A stretch of 34,612 nt of DNA from an uncultured Thiotrichales bacterium (GTDB lineage Bacteria; Pseudomonadota; Gammaproteobacteria; UWMA-0217): positions 1 through 34,612 of the forward strand of contig CAZTJP010000003.1 of NCBI GenBank assembly GCA_964613895.1, written 5' to 3'. Below the pieces are notes generated by a model. It was given only the letters and a program-made list of their open reading frames with translations. It searched no databases and was not told the origin of the DNA. Positions 13,100 through 22,397 of this stretch are shown in pieces (position 1 is the stretch's first letter; every line of letters begins with the position of its first letter). Made by a program: the position numbers and the translations under genes.

Positions 13100-13719
13100 G
13101 GCTTGGTCACCGTGATCAGGTGGCGTTGAGCATCCAGGCCGGGAATCTCCACGGCTTCGATAGTGTACTTGAATCGGCCATCGAGCGCTGTCAGTTCTTG
13201 TTGCGGATGCTGCCCCTTCATGGCAATGATCCGACCCCCTTCAGCCAGCAACGGTTGCGCCACCTCGACGAACGCATCCAATGATGCAAAGGCACGACTG
13301 ACGATCCGGTCGAAGCGCTGTTCTGGCCGGTAAGCCTCGGCCCGGCACTGGACCACTTCGACCTGCGCCAGTTGTAACTGAGTGACCGCTTGGTGCAGAA
13401 ACCGTGTTCGCTTGGCGCTGGCATCCAGCAATACGGTCTCCAGGGCCGGATTCATGATCGCCAGCGGCAAGCCGGGCAAACCCGCGCCGGAACCGATATC
13501 CAGCAACCGCCCCCGAACCCGCGGCAGCAGGCTGAGGCTGTCGAGGAGGTGGCGGCTGACCATCTCCGGCAGGGTACGAATGGCCGTCAGGTTATCGACA
13601 CGATTCCATTTGTCGATCAAGGCCAGATAGGCGAGCAGCATGTCGATCTGGGTGGAGCTGGCTTCGATGCCCAACCCATCGAGACCTCGGCGCAGTGACG
13701 CCGCCAGTGCTTCAGCCAC
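13096..13719 (-). CDS. rsmG: 16S rRNA m7G527 methyltransferase (GidB)
   Basis: [23 protein letters not shown] motifs; between mnmG and parA. Confidence 0.97.
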   Translation of the reverse strand: MAEALAASLRRGLDGLGIEASSTQIDMLLAYLALIDKWNRVDNLTAIRTLPEMVSRHLLDSLSLLPRVRGRLLDIGSGAGLPGLPLAIMNPALETVLLDASAKRTRFLHQAVTQLQLAQVEVVQCRAEAYRPEQRFDRIVSRAFASLDAFVEVAQPLLAEGGRIIAMKGQHPQQELTALDGRFKYTIEAVEIPGLDAQRHLITVTKP

Positions 13720-15598
13720 AGGATTGACGCTGCTGTTTTTTCAAATGGATCAACATCAGCGAAATCGCCGCCGGGGTCACGCCTGGAATTCGCGATGCCT
13801 GACCAAGCGTTGCGGGCCGGTGCTGCTTGAATTTCTGCACGATCTCGTTCGACAGGCCCGAGACCTGATCGTAATCGAGATCCGCCGGAATGCGGGCTGA
13901 TTCATTTTTTTCGGCGCGCTGGATTTCCTGCTGCTGGCGGGCGATGTAACCGGCGTATTTGACTTGGGTCTCAACCTGTTCCGCAATCACATCGTCTTCG
14001 ACACCGGGGCCGGCTGCCTGCATTTTCATCAGCTTACGGTAGGTCATATTCGGACGGCGCAACAGATCCTCGAGCCGTGCTTCCTTCGACAGATTGCCTT
14101 CGAGCAAGTCGTCGATTTCCGATCGGGGAAGTTTATGCGGATGAATCCAGGTGTCACGCAGACGCTGCAACTCGCGTTCGACCGCTTCCCGTTTCTCATT
14201 GAAAGCCCGCCACTGGGACTCATCCACCAATCCCAATTCGTAACCGATCTCCGTGAGGCGGGCATCAGCGTTGTCCTCGCGCAACAACAAGCGATGTTCA
14301 GCGCGGCTGGTGAACATCCGGTAAGGCTCGTCGGCACCACGGGTGATGAGATCATCGACCAGTACACCCAGATAGGCCTGATCGCGCCGCGGCCACCACT
14401 CACTTTGCTGGCTTGCCCGGCGGGCAGCATTGAGCCCCGCCAGCAATCCCTGAGCGGCGGCCTCTTCATAACCGGTGGTGCCATTGATCTGGCCGGCAAA
14501 ATAGAGGTTTTCGATGAAGCGTGTCTCCAGCGTCGGCTTCAGATCGCGGGGATCGAAAAAGTCATATTCGATCGCGTAACCGGGCCGGGTGATGTGGGCA
14601 TTTTCGAAACCGTCGATCGAGCGGACCAGCGCCAGCTGGATATCGAACGGCAGACTGGTCGAAATGCCATTGGGATAGACTTCGTGTGTATCGAGGCCTT
14701 CCGGTTCGATGAAAATCTGGTGGCTGTCCTTGTCCGCGAAACGAACGATCTTGTCTTCGATCGATGGACAATAGCGCGGCCCGACACCCTGGATCTGACC
14801 GCTGTACATCGGCGAACGATCCAGGCCGCCCTGGATGATTTCATGCGTCCGCGCATTGGTATAGGTGATATGACAGGCGACCTGGCGCGGATGATCCGCC
14901 ACACTGCCTCGAAATGAAAACACCGGCGTCGGTTCATCGCCCGGCTGGGTTTGGAGATGCGAATAATCGATGCTGCGTCCGTCGATGCGCGGCGGCGTGC
15001 CGGTTTTCAACCGTTCGACGCGGAATGGCAGATCCCGCAGGCGCTTCGCCAGGGCGATCGATGCCGGATCACCAGCCCGGCCGCCGCTGTACTGGCTCTC
15101 TCCAATATGAATCTGGCCGCCGAGGAAAGTGCCCACTGTCAACACCACGGTGTCGGCATGAAATTCCACACCGATGCCAGTCCGCACGCCAGCCACACGA
15201 TCACCTTCGACGATCAGATCCTCGACCGTTTGCTGAAAGATCTCCAGATTGGGCTGGTTTTCCACCATCGAGCGCACCGCCGCCTTGTACAGTACGCGAT
15301 CCGCCTGGGCCCGCGTCGCCCGAACCGCCGGCCCCTTGCGGCGATTGAGTATGCGAAACTGAATCCCGCCCCGGTCGGCCGCCAGCGCCATGCAGCCGCC
15401 AAGCGCATCGATCTCCTTCACCAAATGGCCTTTGCCAATACCGCCGATCGCCGGATTGCAGCTCATCTGGCCAATGGTTTCGATGTTCTGGGTCAACAAC
15501 AGGGTACGCACGCCCATGCGCGCAGCAGCCAGCGCCGCTTCGACGCCCGCATGCCCGCCGCCAATGACGATGGTCTGAAAGGATTCGGGATATTTCAC
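13712..15598 (-). CDS. mnmG: tRNA U34 carboxymethylaminomethyl modification enzyme (GidA)
   Basis: [43 protein letters not shown]; 628 aa. Confidence 0.99.
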   Translation of the reverse strand: MKYPESFQTIVIGGGHAGVEAALAAARMGVRTLLLTQNIETIGQMSCNPAIGGIGKGHLVKEIDALGGCMALAADRGGIQFRILNRRKGPAVRATRAQADRVLYKAAVRSMVENQPNLEIFQQTVEDLIVEGDRVAGVRTGIGVEFHADTVVLTVGTFLGGQIHIGESQYSGGRAGDPASIALAKRLRDLPFRVERLKTGTPPRIDGRSIDYSHLQTQPGDEPTPVFSFRGSVADHPRQVACHITYTNARTHEIIQGGLDRSPMYSGQIQGVGPRYCPSIEDKIVRFADKDSHQIFIEPEGLDTHEVYPNGISTSLPFDIQLALVRSIDGFENAHITRPGYAIEYDFFDPRDLKPTLETRFIENLYFAGQINGTTGYEEAAAQGLLAGLNAARRASQQSEWWPRRDQAYLGVLVDDLITRGADEPYRMFTSRAEHRLLLREDNADARLTEIGYELGLVDESQWRAFNEKREAVERELQRLRDTWIHPHKLPRSEIDDLLEGNLSKEARLEDLLRRPNMTYRKLMKMQAAGPGVEDDVIAEQVETQVKYAGYIARQQQEIQRAEKNESARIPADLDYDQVSGLSNEIVQKFKQHRPATLGQASRIPGVTPAAISLMLIHLKKQQRQSCG

Positions 15599-15740
15599 TG
15601 TACTCGTCTAAAAATGTCCACGCCGCAGTATCTTACCGGTTTACGGCGTTTATTTCCGTTTGACCTTGTCCGGTACGGATTTTGTCAGCGCAATCACCGC
15701 CCGGTATGATTCGGATCACAATCGGATTGGGTCTGACCAC

Positions 15741-16679
15741 ATGGCATCGGGATCGAAAAAAGTCATCTTCGCCGCGCTACTGGGCAATACCGCCATCGCT
15801 GTCACCAAATTCATCGCCGCCGCGCTGACCGGCAGCTCGGCAATGTTGTCCGAAGGCATCCATTCGCTGGTCGATACCGGCAATCAGGGGCTGTTGTTAT
15901 ATGGCCTGAAACAGTCCCGTCAACCCGCCGATGAGCAATTTCCTTTCGGCCACGGCAAGGAGATCTATTTCTGGAGTTTCATCGTCGCCATCATGATCTT
16001 TGCAGTCGGCGCTGGCGTCTCCTTCTACGAAGGTCTGCATCGTGTCCTCCACCCGGAGGCAATCACCAATCCGCTGGTGAACTACATCGTGCTGGGTTTT
16101 GCCATTCTTTTCGAAGGTGCATCGCTGTTGGTCGCAGTGCGTGAATTCGATCATACCCGTGGCCAGATGGGCTACATCGAAGCCGTTCAGCGTGGCAAGG
16201 ATCCTTCCCTGTTCGTGGTGCTGTTCGAAGACTCGGCAGCAATGGCGGGCCTGGTCGTGGCGCTGGTTGGCATCTCGCTGGCACAACTGACCGGACAAAG
16301 CCGTTTCGATGGGATGGCTTCGATTCTGATCAGCTTGATCCTTGGCGCCACTGCCTTGTGGCTGGCGCGGGAAACCAAGGGCCTGCTGATTGGCGAAAGT
16401 GCCAACCGAAAAGTGGTTCAGGGTATTCGCGAACTTGCGCTGAAAATCCCCAACATCAAAAAGGTGCACGAAGTATTGACCATGCATATGGGACCGGAAT
16501 TCATCCTCGTCAATATCAATGCGCGATTCGGCGATGAGTTATCGGCTGTCGAGGTCAGCCGTGCAATTGCCGAACTGGATGACCGAATCAAGGCGGGATT
16601 CCCGGAGGTGAAACGGGTTTTCGTCGAAGCGGAGATTCGCGATCCGCGGCCCTCCGATCAACTCGACCCCGAACAGTGA
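15741..16679 (+). CDS. Cation diffusion facilitator (CDF) family transporter
   Basis: 'SEGIHSLVDTGNQ' TM2 motif, FPFGHGKE, 'FEDSAA' TM5, soluble C-terminal domain; ATG 15741 preferred over TTG 15660. Confidence 0.88.
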   Translation: MASGSKKVIFAALLGNTAIAVTKFIAAALTGSSAMLSEGIHSLVDTGNQGLLLYGLKQSRQPADEQFPFGHGKEIYFWSFIVAIMIFAVGAGVSFYEGLHRVLHPEAITNPLVNYIVLGFAILFEGASLLVAVREFDHTRGQMGYIEAVQRGKDPSLFVVLFEDSAAMAGLVVALVGISLAQLTGQSRFDGMASILISLILGATALWLARETKGLLIGESANRKVVQGIRELALKIPNIKKVHEVLTMHMGPEFILVNINARFGDELSAVEVSRAIAELDDRIKAGFPEVKRVFVEAEIRDPRPSDQLDPEQ

Positions 16680-16699
16680 ACGCCGTTGTCATCGGCTGA

Positions 16700-18049
16700 T
16701 CATTTGCCGATACAGAATGACGAAAAGATTTCTCCCAGCAGATCATCGGCGGTGAACTCACCAGTGATCGACCCCAGTGATTGCTGAGCCATGCGTAGAT
16801 GTTCCGCTACCAGTTCGCCGGCCCTGTTCTCGCGCAATTCCCTTTGTGCCTCCGTTACTGCACTGGCAGCAGCCTGCAATGCCTCGACATGCCGCCTGCG
16901 TGCCATGATCACACCCTCGGCATCGCCTTGATAGCCGGCTCGCTGTTTCAGTGTTGATTCCAACTCGTGCAAACCCGCTCCGGTTTTTGCAGACAAGCGG
17001 ATCTTGTCGTTGAAACGTCCGGGTTCCCGGCCACTGACATCACATTTATTGTAAACCTCGATGACCGGCAAACCGTCAGGCAACTGATCGAGAATCTGCT
17101 GATCCTGATCATCGAATCCCAATGTATCATCGATCAACAACAGGCAGAGATCCGCTTGCTCCACCGCTTTCCAGGTACGCTTGATGCCTTCCCGCTCCAC
17201 CGGATCGTCACTCTTTCGCAAGCCAGCGGTATCGATGATATGTAGTGGTAATCCATCCAGCTGGATGTATTCCCTCAATATATCACGGGTAGTGCCTGGA
17301 ACCTGAGTCACAATCGCGGCATCACGGCCCGCCAGCCGGTTCAGCAGACTCGACTTGCCGGCATTGGGTTTGCCGACGATGACCAGATGCAATCCTTCCC
17401 GGAGCAGACTGCCGCATTGTGCCTGCCGCAGAGTTGCAGCCACCTCCGTTGCGACACCCGAGAGTTTCTCCTGCAAATTCCTGTCAGCCAGAAAATCGAT
17501 TTCTTCCTCGGGAAAATCGAGTGCAGCTTCTATATGCATGCGGACATCGATCAACTTGTCGCGCAAGGAGGAAATCGTTCTGGAAAATTCGCCTTGCAGA
17601 GATTTGAACGCGGAACGCGCCGCCTTTTCGGAGCCACTGTCGATGAGATCGGCTATCGCCTCGGCTTGGGCAAGATCGATTTTGTCATTCAGGAAGGCAC
17701 GTTCCGAAAATTCACCCGGCCGCGCAACACGGGCGCCCAGCGTGACACAACGCTGAACGATCAAATCGAGAACGACAGGCCCACCGTGACCCTGAAATTC
17801 GACGACATCTTCACCTGTGAAGGAATGGGGAGCCGGAAATACCAGCAGGATACCTTCGTCGATGGCTTCGCCCTGCGCATCGAGGAAGCGCCGGAACGCG
17901 GCGTGTCTGGGTGCTGGCATCGTGCCGGAACAAATGTTCGCGGCAATCTCGATCGACGCCGGCCCCGAAAGCCGAACGATGCCCACGCCACCTCGACCCG
18001 CTGGTGTGGCAACGGCGACAATCGTATCGACACTCGGAGGATGGTTCAG
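16700..18049 (-). CDS. mnmE: tRNA modification GTPase (TrmE)
   Basis: DTIVAVATP, GKPNAGKSS, PGTTRD, DTAG, NKCD, C-terminal FCIGK. Start uncertain: CTG 18049 (overlapping yidC stop) or GTG 18091. Confidence 0.95.
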   Translation of the reverse strand: MNHPPSVDTIVAVATPAGRGGVGIVRLSGPASIEIAANICSGTMPAPRHAAFRRFLDAQGEAIDEGILLVFPAPHSFTGEDVVEFQGHGGPVVLDLIVQRCVTLGARVARPGEFSERAFLNDKIDLAQAEAIADLIDSGSEKAARSAFKSLQGEFSRTISSLRDKLIDVRMHIEAALDFPEEEIDFLADRNLQEKLSGVATEVAATLRQAQCGSLLREGLHLVIVGKPNAGKSSLLNRLAGRDAAIVTQVPGTTRDILREYIQLDGLPLHIIDTAGLRKSDDPVEREGIKRTWKAVEQADLCLLLIDDTLGFDDQDQQILDQLPDGLPVIEVYNKCDVSGREPGRFNDKIRLSAKTGAGLHELESTLKQRAGYQGDAEGVIMARRRHVEALQAAASAVTEAQRELRENRAGELVAEHLRMAQQSLGSITGEFTADDLLGEIFSSFCIGK

Positions 18050-19725
18050 TGTTTGATGCCCTCTTTTTCCAGCTTGCGGGTGATATACCACTGCTGGGCG
18101 ATCGACAGCATATTGTTGACCACCCAGTACAAAACCAGCCCGGATGAAAAGAATGCAAAGAACACAGTGAAGATGAACGGCATGGCCATCATCATTTTCT
18201 GCATCATAGGATCCGGTTGAGGCGGGTTCAGTTTCTGCTGAATGAACATCGAAACCCCCATGATGACCGGTAGAATGAACAACGGATCACGAACGGACAG
18301 ATCCTTGATCCACAGAATCCAGGGCGCCTGACGCAGCTCCACTGCCTCGATCAACACCCAGTACAACGCAATGAATACAGGAATCTGGATCAGGATTGGC
18401 AGGCATCCTCCCAGCGGATTGATCTTTTCCTTCTTGTACAGATCCATCATCGCCTGCTGATGCGCTTGCTTGTCGTCACCGAAACGGTCTTTCAACGCCT
18501 GGATCTTGGGTGCAACCTTCTTCATTTTCGCCATCGAGCGATAACTGGTTTCCGACAGTTTGTAGAAGACGCCTTTGACCAGCACGGTCAACAAAATAAT
18601 GGACCAGCCCCAGTTGCCCACCAGGCTGTGAATTTTCGACAGCAACCAGAACAACGGTTTTGAAAAGATGGTGAAAATGCCGTAGTCGATGGTCAGCTCC
18701 AGGCCTGGCGCAAGACTGGCCAGCTTGTTCTGCAAGGTCGGTCCGACATAGAGCCGTGAATGCAGCATGCCTTTTTCACCGGCGGGAATGGTCACCGCTT
18801 GCGAACGCAGACCGATGATGTATTCCTGGCCTTTGGCACCATTGACAACCTTGGAATACAGCAGGTTTTCCGACTCGGGCGAGGACGGAATCCAGGCCGA
18901 CAGGAAATAATGCTGCATCATCGTCACCCAGCCGCCCGTGACCGTTTCCTTGAGCGGGTTTTCGGCCATTTTATCGAGTGGCAACTTGTGAAATTTTCCA
19001 TCGTAATAAGCGGCGCCAAAATAAGAACGGGTGCCACCCAGGTGCGAACCCTTGCTCACCGGTTTTCCGCGACGCAATTGCATGTACTCCCGGCCTACCC
19101 AGTTGCTGCCCGAAGCATTCTGAACCTGATAATCGACATCGACGTGAAATTCACCTTTATGAAAAGTGAAGATCTTGTCTACCTGAACGCCGTCCTCACT
19201 CTGCCAGTGCATGACGACCTGGACTTTTTCCTTGCCATCGAGCGTATAGTTCGTTTGCTCGGCGGTGAACATCGCATAGTGATTCGGCGCTCGCTTGTCC
19301 CAGCCGGCACCAGTCTTGTCATGCAGCAGACCCGATTGCGCAATATAGGGTTTGTCGGCACTGAACAGCACCAGCGGAATATCTTTCTGTTCGACGCTGA
19401 CTGGATAGGTGGGCAATTTGACCGTGGTGATATCGCCGCCGCGTGTGCTGATGGTCACATCCAGTACATCGGTCACGACATGTACCGTTGGGGCGGCTGT
19501 CGAAGTGGTACCCGCCGTTGGCGCCTGAGCGGCCGACGGCGTATTCGCCGATGGAATGTCAGCACCAGTGTCCCGGGCAACGGCGTTGCTCACTGTCTTG
19601 GATGCTGACTGGCTCGTGGAAACGGCTGGCTGCGACTTTGGCGCATGATCCGCCGTCCACTGTTGCCAGATCAAAAAACCGAGGAAAAACAGTGCTAGGT
19701 ACAGGAAAGGCCGCTGGCTATCCAT
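18046..19725 (-). CDS. yidC: Membrane protein insertase
   Basis: MDSQR N-terminus plus TM1, large periplasmic domain, DYG, GNWG, NPLGGCLP, GLVLYW; 559 aa. Confidence 0.98.
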   Translation of the reverse strand: MDSQRPFLYLALFFLGFLIWQQWTADHAPKSQPAVSTSQSASKTVSNAVARDTGADIPSANTPSAAQAPTAGTTSTAAPTVHVVTDVLDVTISTRGGDITTVKLPTYPVSVEQKDIPLVLFSADKPYIAQSGLLHDKTGAGWDKRAPNHYAMFTAEQTNYTLDGKEKVQVVMHWQSEDGVQVDKIFTFHKGEFHVDVDYQVQNASGSNWVGREYMQLRRGKPVSKGSHLGGTRSYFGAAYYDGKFHKLPLDKMAENPLKETVTGGWVTMMQHYFLSAWIPSSPESENLLYSKVVNGAKGQEYIIGLRSQAVTIPAGEKGMLHSRLYVGPTLQNKLASLAPGLELTIDYGIFTIFSKPLFWLLSKIHSLVGNWGWSIILLTVLVKGVFYKLSETSYRSMAKMKKVAPKIQALKDRFGDDKQAHQQAMMDLYKKEKINPLGGCLPILIQIPVFIALYWVLIEAVELRQAPWILWIKDLSVRDPLFILPVIMGVSMFIQQKLNPPQPDPMMQKMMMAMPFIFTVFFAFFSSGLVLYWVVNNMLSIAQQWYITRKLEKEGIKH

Positions 19726-19993
19726 GGTATCGATGAACCTGGTTGGGAAAGAATTTATCCGGCATCGCCAGCCCGGATTTCTCGCCGGGTCGCGTAGCGA
19801 GGCCGCTCAAGGTGGTGCGATGACTGGCGTTCGCGACCGAGGGCCGCGCAGGCGTAGTCGACACTACGTCGAGCAGCCCGACTGAGTGAACGCCAGTCAG
19901 CGCGCCGCATTGGGCGGTCGCAGCCGTGATTCTGGGAGAAATCCTGGCCAGGATTTCCGTAACCTTCAATAATGTCTGGCAATCTTGCGCCAT
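19718..19993 (-). CDS. Possible 91-aa ORF in the yidD position, two-thirds encoded by repeat copy 3; not recognisable as YidD
   Basis: Overlaps the rnpA 3' end and the yidC start, but lacks the YidD CRFxPTCS and HP..GG.DPVP motifs; may be non-coding. Confidence 0.25.
   Translation of the reverse strand: MAQDCQTLLKVTEILARISPRITAATAQCGALTGVHSVGLLDVVSTTPARPSVANASHRTTLSGLATRPGEKSGLAMPDKFFPNQVHRYHG
19772..19947 (+). repeat. Palindromic MITE-like element, copy 3 (full length, 176 bp)
   Basis: Ends CCCGGATTTCTC / GAGAAATCCTGG; CCAG direct repeat at 19768-19771 and 19948-19951 (180 bp apart); nested inverted repeats throughout. Confidence 0.95.
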
Positions 19994-20325
19994 TGTTTTT
20001 CCAGTGATTGCGTCAAGGCGCGATTGTCGAGCCGATCCAATCCACGACGGGCGATGAACACGATATCGACAGCCGGCAATTGTGGTCGCGCCCGCCTGAA
20101 AGATTCACGAGCCAGGCGCTTGATCCGGTTCCGTTCAACGCTCAGCCGTATGTTCTTGCGGGCGATCACCAGTCCGAGCCGAGCGGCTCCTTGGTCATTC
20201 CGGCGGGCAAGCAGCGTATACGCCGGATGACGAAATGCCTTGGCCTGGTCGAAAACACGACTGAAATCACCCGGTTTGAGGAGGCGCGCCGCCTTGGGGA
20301 AACCGGTGCCTTTCGACCGCTCTAT
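19966..20325 (-). CDS. rnpA: Ribonuclease P protein component
   Basis: Manual translation extends the ORF-track fragment: [17 protein letters not shown]...RLGLVIARK...[16 protein letters not shown] (RNR motif); no ATG/GTG/TTG upstream of the conserved N-terminus, ATA at 20325 proposed. Confidence 0.93.
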   Translation of the reverse strand: MERSKGTGFPKAARLLKPGDFSRVFDQAKAFRHPAYTLLARRNDQGAARLGLVIARKNIRLSVERNRIKRLARESFRRARPQLPAVDIVFIARRGLDRLDNRALTQSLEKQWRKIARHY

Positions 20326-20456
20326 GGTGTCAGTCGCGCTCGGCCACGGGCGCGGCGGGCTTTGATAACCTTTCTACCGCCAACTGTGCGCATCCTGGCC
20401 CGGAAGCCATGGGTACGCGCCCGCTTGAGGTTACTGGGTTGGAACGTTCTTTTCAT
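20322..20456 (-). CDS. rpmH: 50S ribosomal protein L34
   Basis: Manual translation [44 protein letters not shown] (44 aa; below ORF-track cutoff). Confidence 0.98.
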   Translation of the reverse strand: MKRTFQPSNLKRARTHGFRARMRTVGGRKVIKARRARGRARLTP

Positions 20457-20497
20457 AGCTGCTCACCCGACAGGGATTAGTCTTCAAAAGGCGCGCG

Positions 20498-20526
20498 AGA
20501 GTACCGCCACCGGTGAAATTTGTCAA
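20498..20526 (-). promoter_or_regulatory. Candidate sigma70 promoter of the rpmH operon
   Basis: TTGACA (20526-20521), 17-bp spacer, TACTCT (20503-20498), about 40 bp upstream of the rpmH start. Confidence 0.6.
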
Positions 20527-20823
20527 TCGGTTTCACCACCGACTGACCGGCAGGAACGGGTTCAAGTCACTGATTATACAAATTATTTGATCGCGTACCC
20601 AACGGTGGGCATGATCCAATCCAAAAATACAAGCCTTTGAATTCATTGAGACAGTTGCGCGGATTCGAGTTTCGTCGCTTGGGGAATCACCAGGCCACGG
20701 TGTACATCGGCCGGCTGCTTCCAGCCGCCAAATGGTCTATCATAGCGGGTCCGGTCGGCTGGTTTTCTGCCGCATTCCCGACGGGCTCCGATCCCAACTG
20801 CAAGATAGAGGTTCCATCATCCA

Positions 20824-22155
20824 ATGACCCAATTGTGGAGGCAATGTACCGAACGTCTTGAAGCACAGCTGACCGAACAGGAAGTCAATACCTGGATCCG
20901 GCCATTGCAGGCTCGGGAACAACAGGGCAGCCTGATCCTGCTGGCGCCCAACCGCTTCGTGGTCGACCGCTTGCGGGAACAGTTTCTCGATCTGATTTCA
21001 TCGCTGGCCGAAGAACTGACCGGCGACCCTTCCCACCAGGTTCATATCGAGGTGGGTGACGATGCAGCGCCGCAGCATGAATCCGAACCCGCCTCCACGG
21101 AGGCGCCGGCAGCCGCACCGAGCTCACCACAGTTCACCAACAATCTGAACCAGTCGTTCCGTTTCGACAATTACGTCGAAGGCAAGTCCAATCAACTGGC
21201 GCGCGCAGCGGCATTTCAGACCGCGACGGAACCCGGCACGGCTTATAACCCATTGTTCATCTACGGCGGCGTTGGGTTGGGAAAAACCCATCTGGTGCAC
21301 GCCATCGGCAATCGTATTCTGGAACTCAACCGCCAGGCGAGGGTGATCTACCTGACCTCCGAACGGTTCGTCGCCGATATGGTGAAAGCCCTGCAAAACA
21401 ACAAGATAGAAACGTTCAAGAAATATTACCGCTCAGTCGATGCGCTGCTGATCGACGATGTCCAGTTCTTTGCAGGCAAAGGCCGGTCACAGGAAGAATT
21501 CTTCCACACTTTCAATGAGTTGCTTGATGGCGACCGCCAGGTGGTGCTCACTTCCGATCGTTACCCGAAGGAAGTCGAAGGCTTGCAGGAGCGGCTCAAA
21601 TCCCGTTTCGGCTGGGGCCTGACTGTTTCCATCGATCCACCGGAACTGGAAACCCGGGTTGCAATCCTGCAACGAAAGGCCGAGGAATTCGGCCAGAAGC
21701 TACCGTCGGAGGTCGCTTTCCTGATCGCCAAACGCATTCGCTCCAATATCCGTGAGCTGGAAGGCGCATTGCGGCGCGTGACCGCCAACTCGCGATTCAC
21801 CGGCCAGCCGATCACGCTCGAGTTCGCCAAGGAAACACTGCGGGATCTGCTGATCGCTCAGGACAAGATGATCTCACTGGAGAATATCCAGAAAACGGTT
21901 GCGGAATATTTCAATATCCGGGTCAAGGATCTGCATTCGAAGAGCCGCAGCCGCTCGATCACTCGGCCACGGCAGATGGCGATGGCGCTCTCCAAGGAAC
22001 TGACCAGTCACAGCTTGCCGGAGATCGGTGAATCGTTCGGTGGCAGGGATCACACCACGGTGCTACATGCCTGCCGCAAGGTCAAGGAGTTTCGTGAGCA
22101 GGATACCCGCTTCGATGAGGATTACATGAATCTCATTCGCATCCTCTCGAACTGA
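20824..22155 (+). CDS. dnaA: Chromosomal replication initiator
   Basis: [42 protein letters not shown]; 443 aa. Confidence 0.99.
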   Translation: MTQLWRQCTERLEAQLTEQEVNTWIRPLQAREQQGSLILLAPNRFVVDRLREQFLDLISSLAEELTGDPSHQVHIEVGDDAAPQHESEPASTEAPAAAPSSPQFTNNLNQSFRFDNYVEGKSNQLARAAAFQTATEPGTAYNPLFIYGGVGLGKTHLVHAIGNRILELNRQARVIYLTSERFVADMVKALQNNKIETFKKYYRSVDALLIDDVQFFAGKGRSQEEFFHTFNELLDGDRQVVLTSDRYPKEVEGLQERLKSRFGWGLTVSIDPPELETRVAILQRKAEEFGQKLPSEVAFLIAKRIRSNIRELEGALRRVTANSRFTGQPITLEFAKETLRDLLIAQDKMISLENIQKTVAEYFNIRVKDLHSKSRSRSITRPRQMAMALSKELTSHSLPEIGESFGGRDHTTVLHACRKVKEFREQDTRFDEDYMNLIRILSN

Positions 22156-22397
22156 CATGAACATCTTCTGCATAAGCCTGTGGATAAATGTAGAATGGAT
22201 GCCGAAGCTGGATTCATTCAGGTTTTATCCACAGGCCACAGACAGGATCGAAGGCGGCTTTTGCACGGCTTACCCTTGAGGAAATATTATTTATGTTATT
22301 GATTAATAACGATTTTATTTTCTTATCCCCAGCAACACGAGCCGCTAATAATCGTAGTAACAAGTTTTATATATAACTCTATTATCAAGGCTAGGCG
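22156..22397. other. Probable replication origin oriC (dnaA-dnaN intergenic)
   Basis: Perfect DnaA boxes TGTGGATAA 22179-22187 and TTATCCACA 22225-22233, one-mismatch TTATCCCCA 22323-22331, AT-rich tracts at about 22282-22325 and 22346-22388, IHF-like site 22292-22304. Confidence 0.8.

Noticed and set aside
19772-19947. Repeat as CRISPR array, tRNA or classical REP/REPIN
   Set aside because: Copies are dispersed with no repeat-spacer period, no cloverleaf or T-loop/CCA, and the GTAG words are internal rather than heading short terminal REP hairpins; no cas or RAYT gene.
20512-20537. GGTGAAA-N12-TTTCACC inverted repeat around the rpmH -35
   Set aside because: Only 7-bp arms, single occurrence, no regulator assignable.
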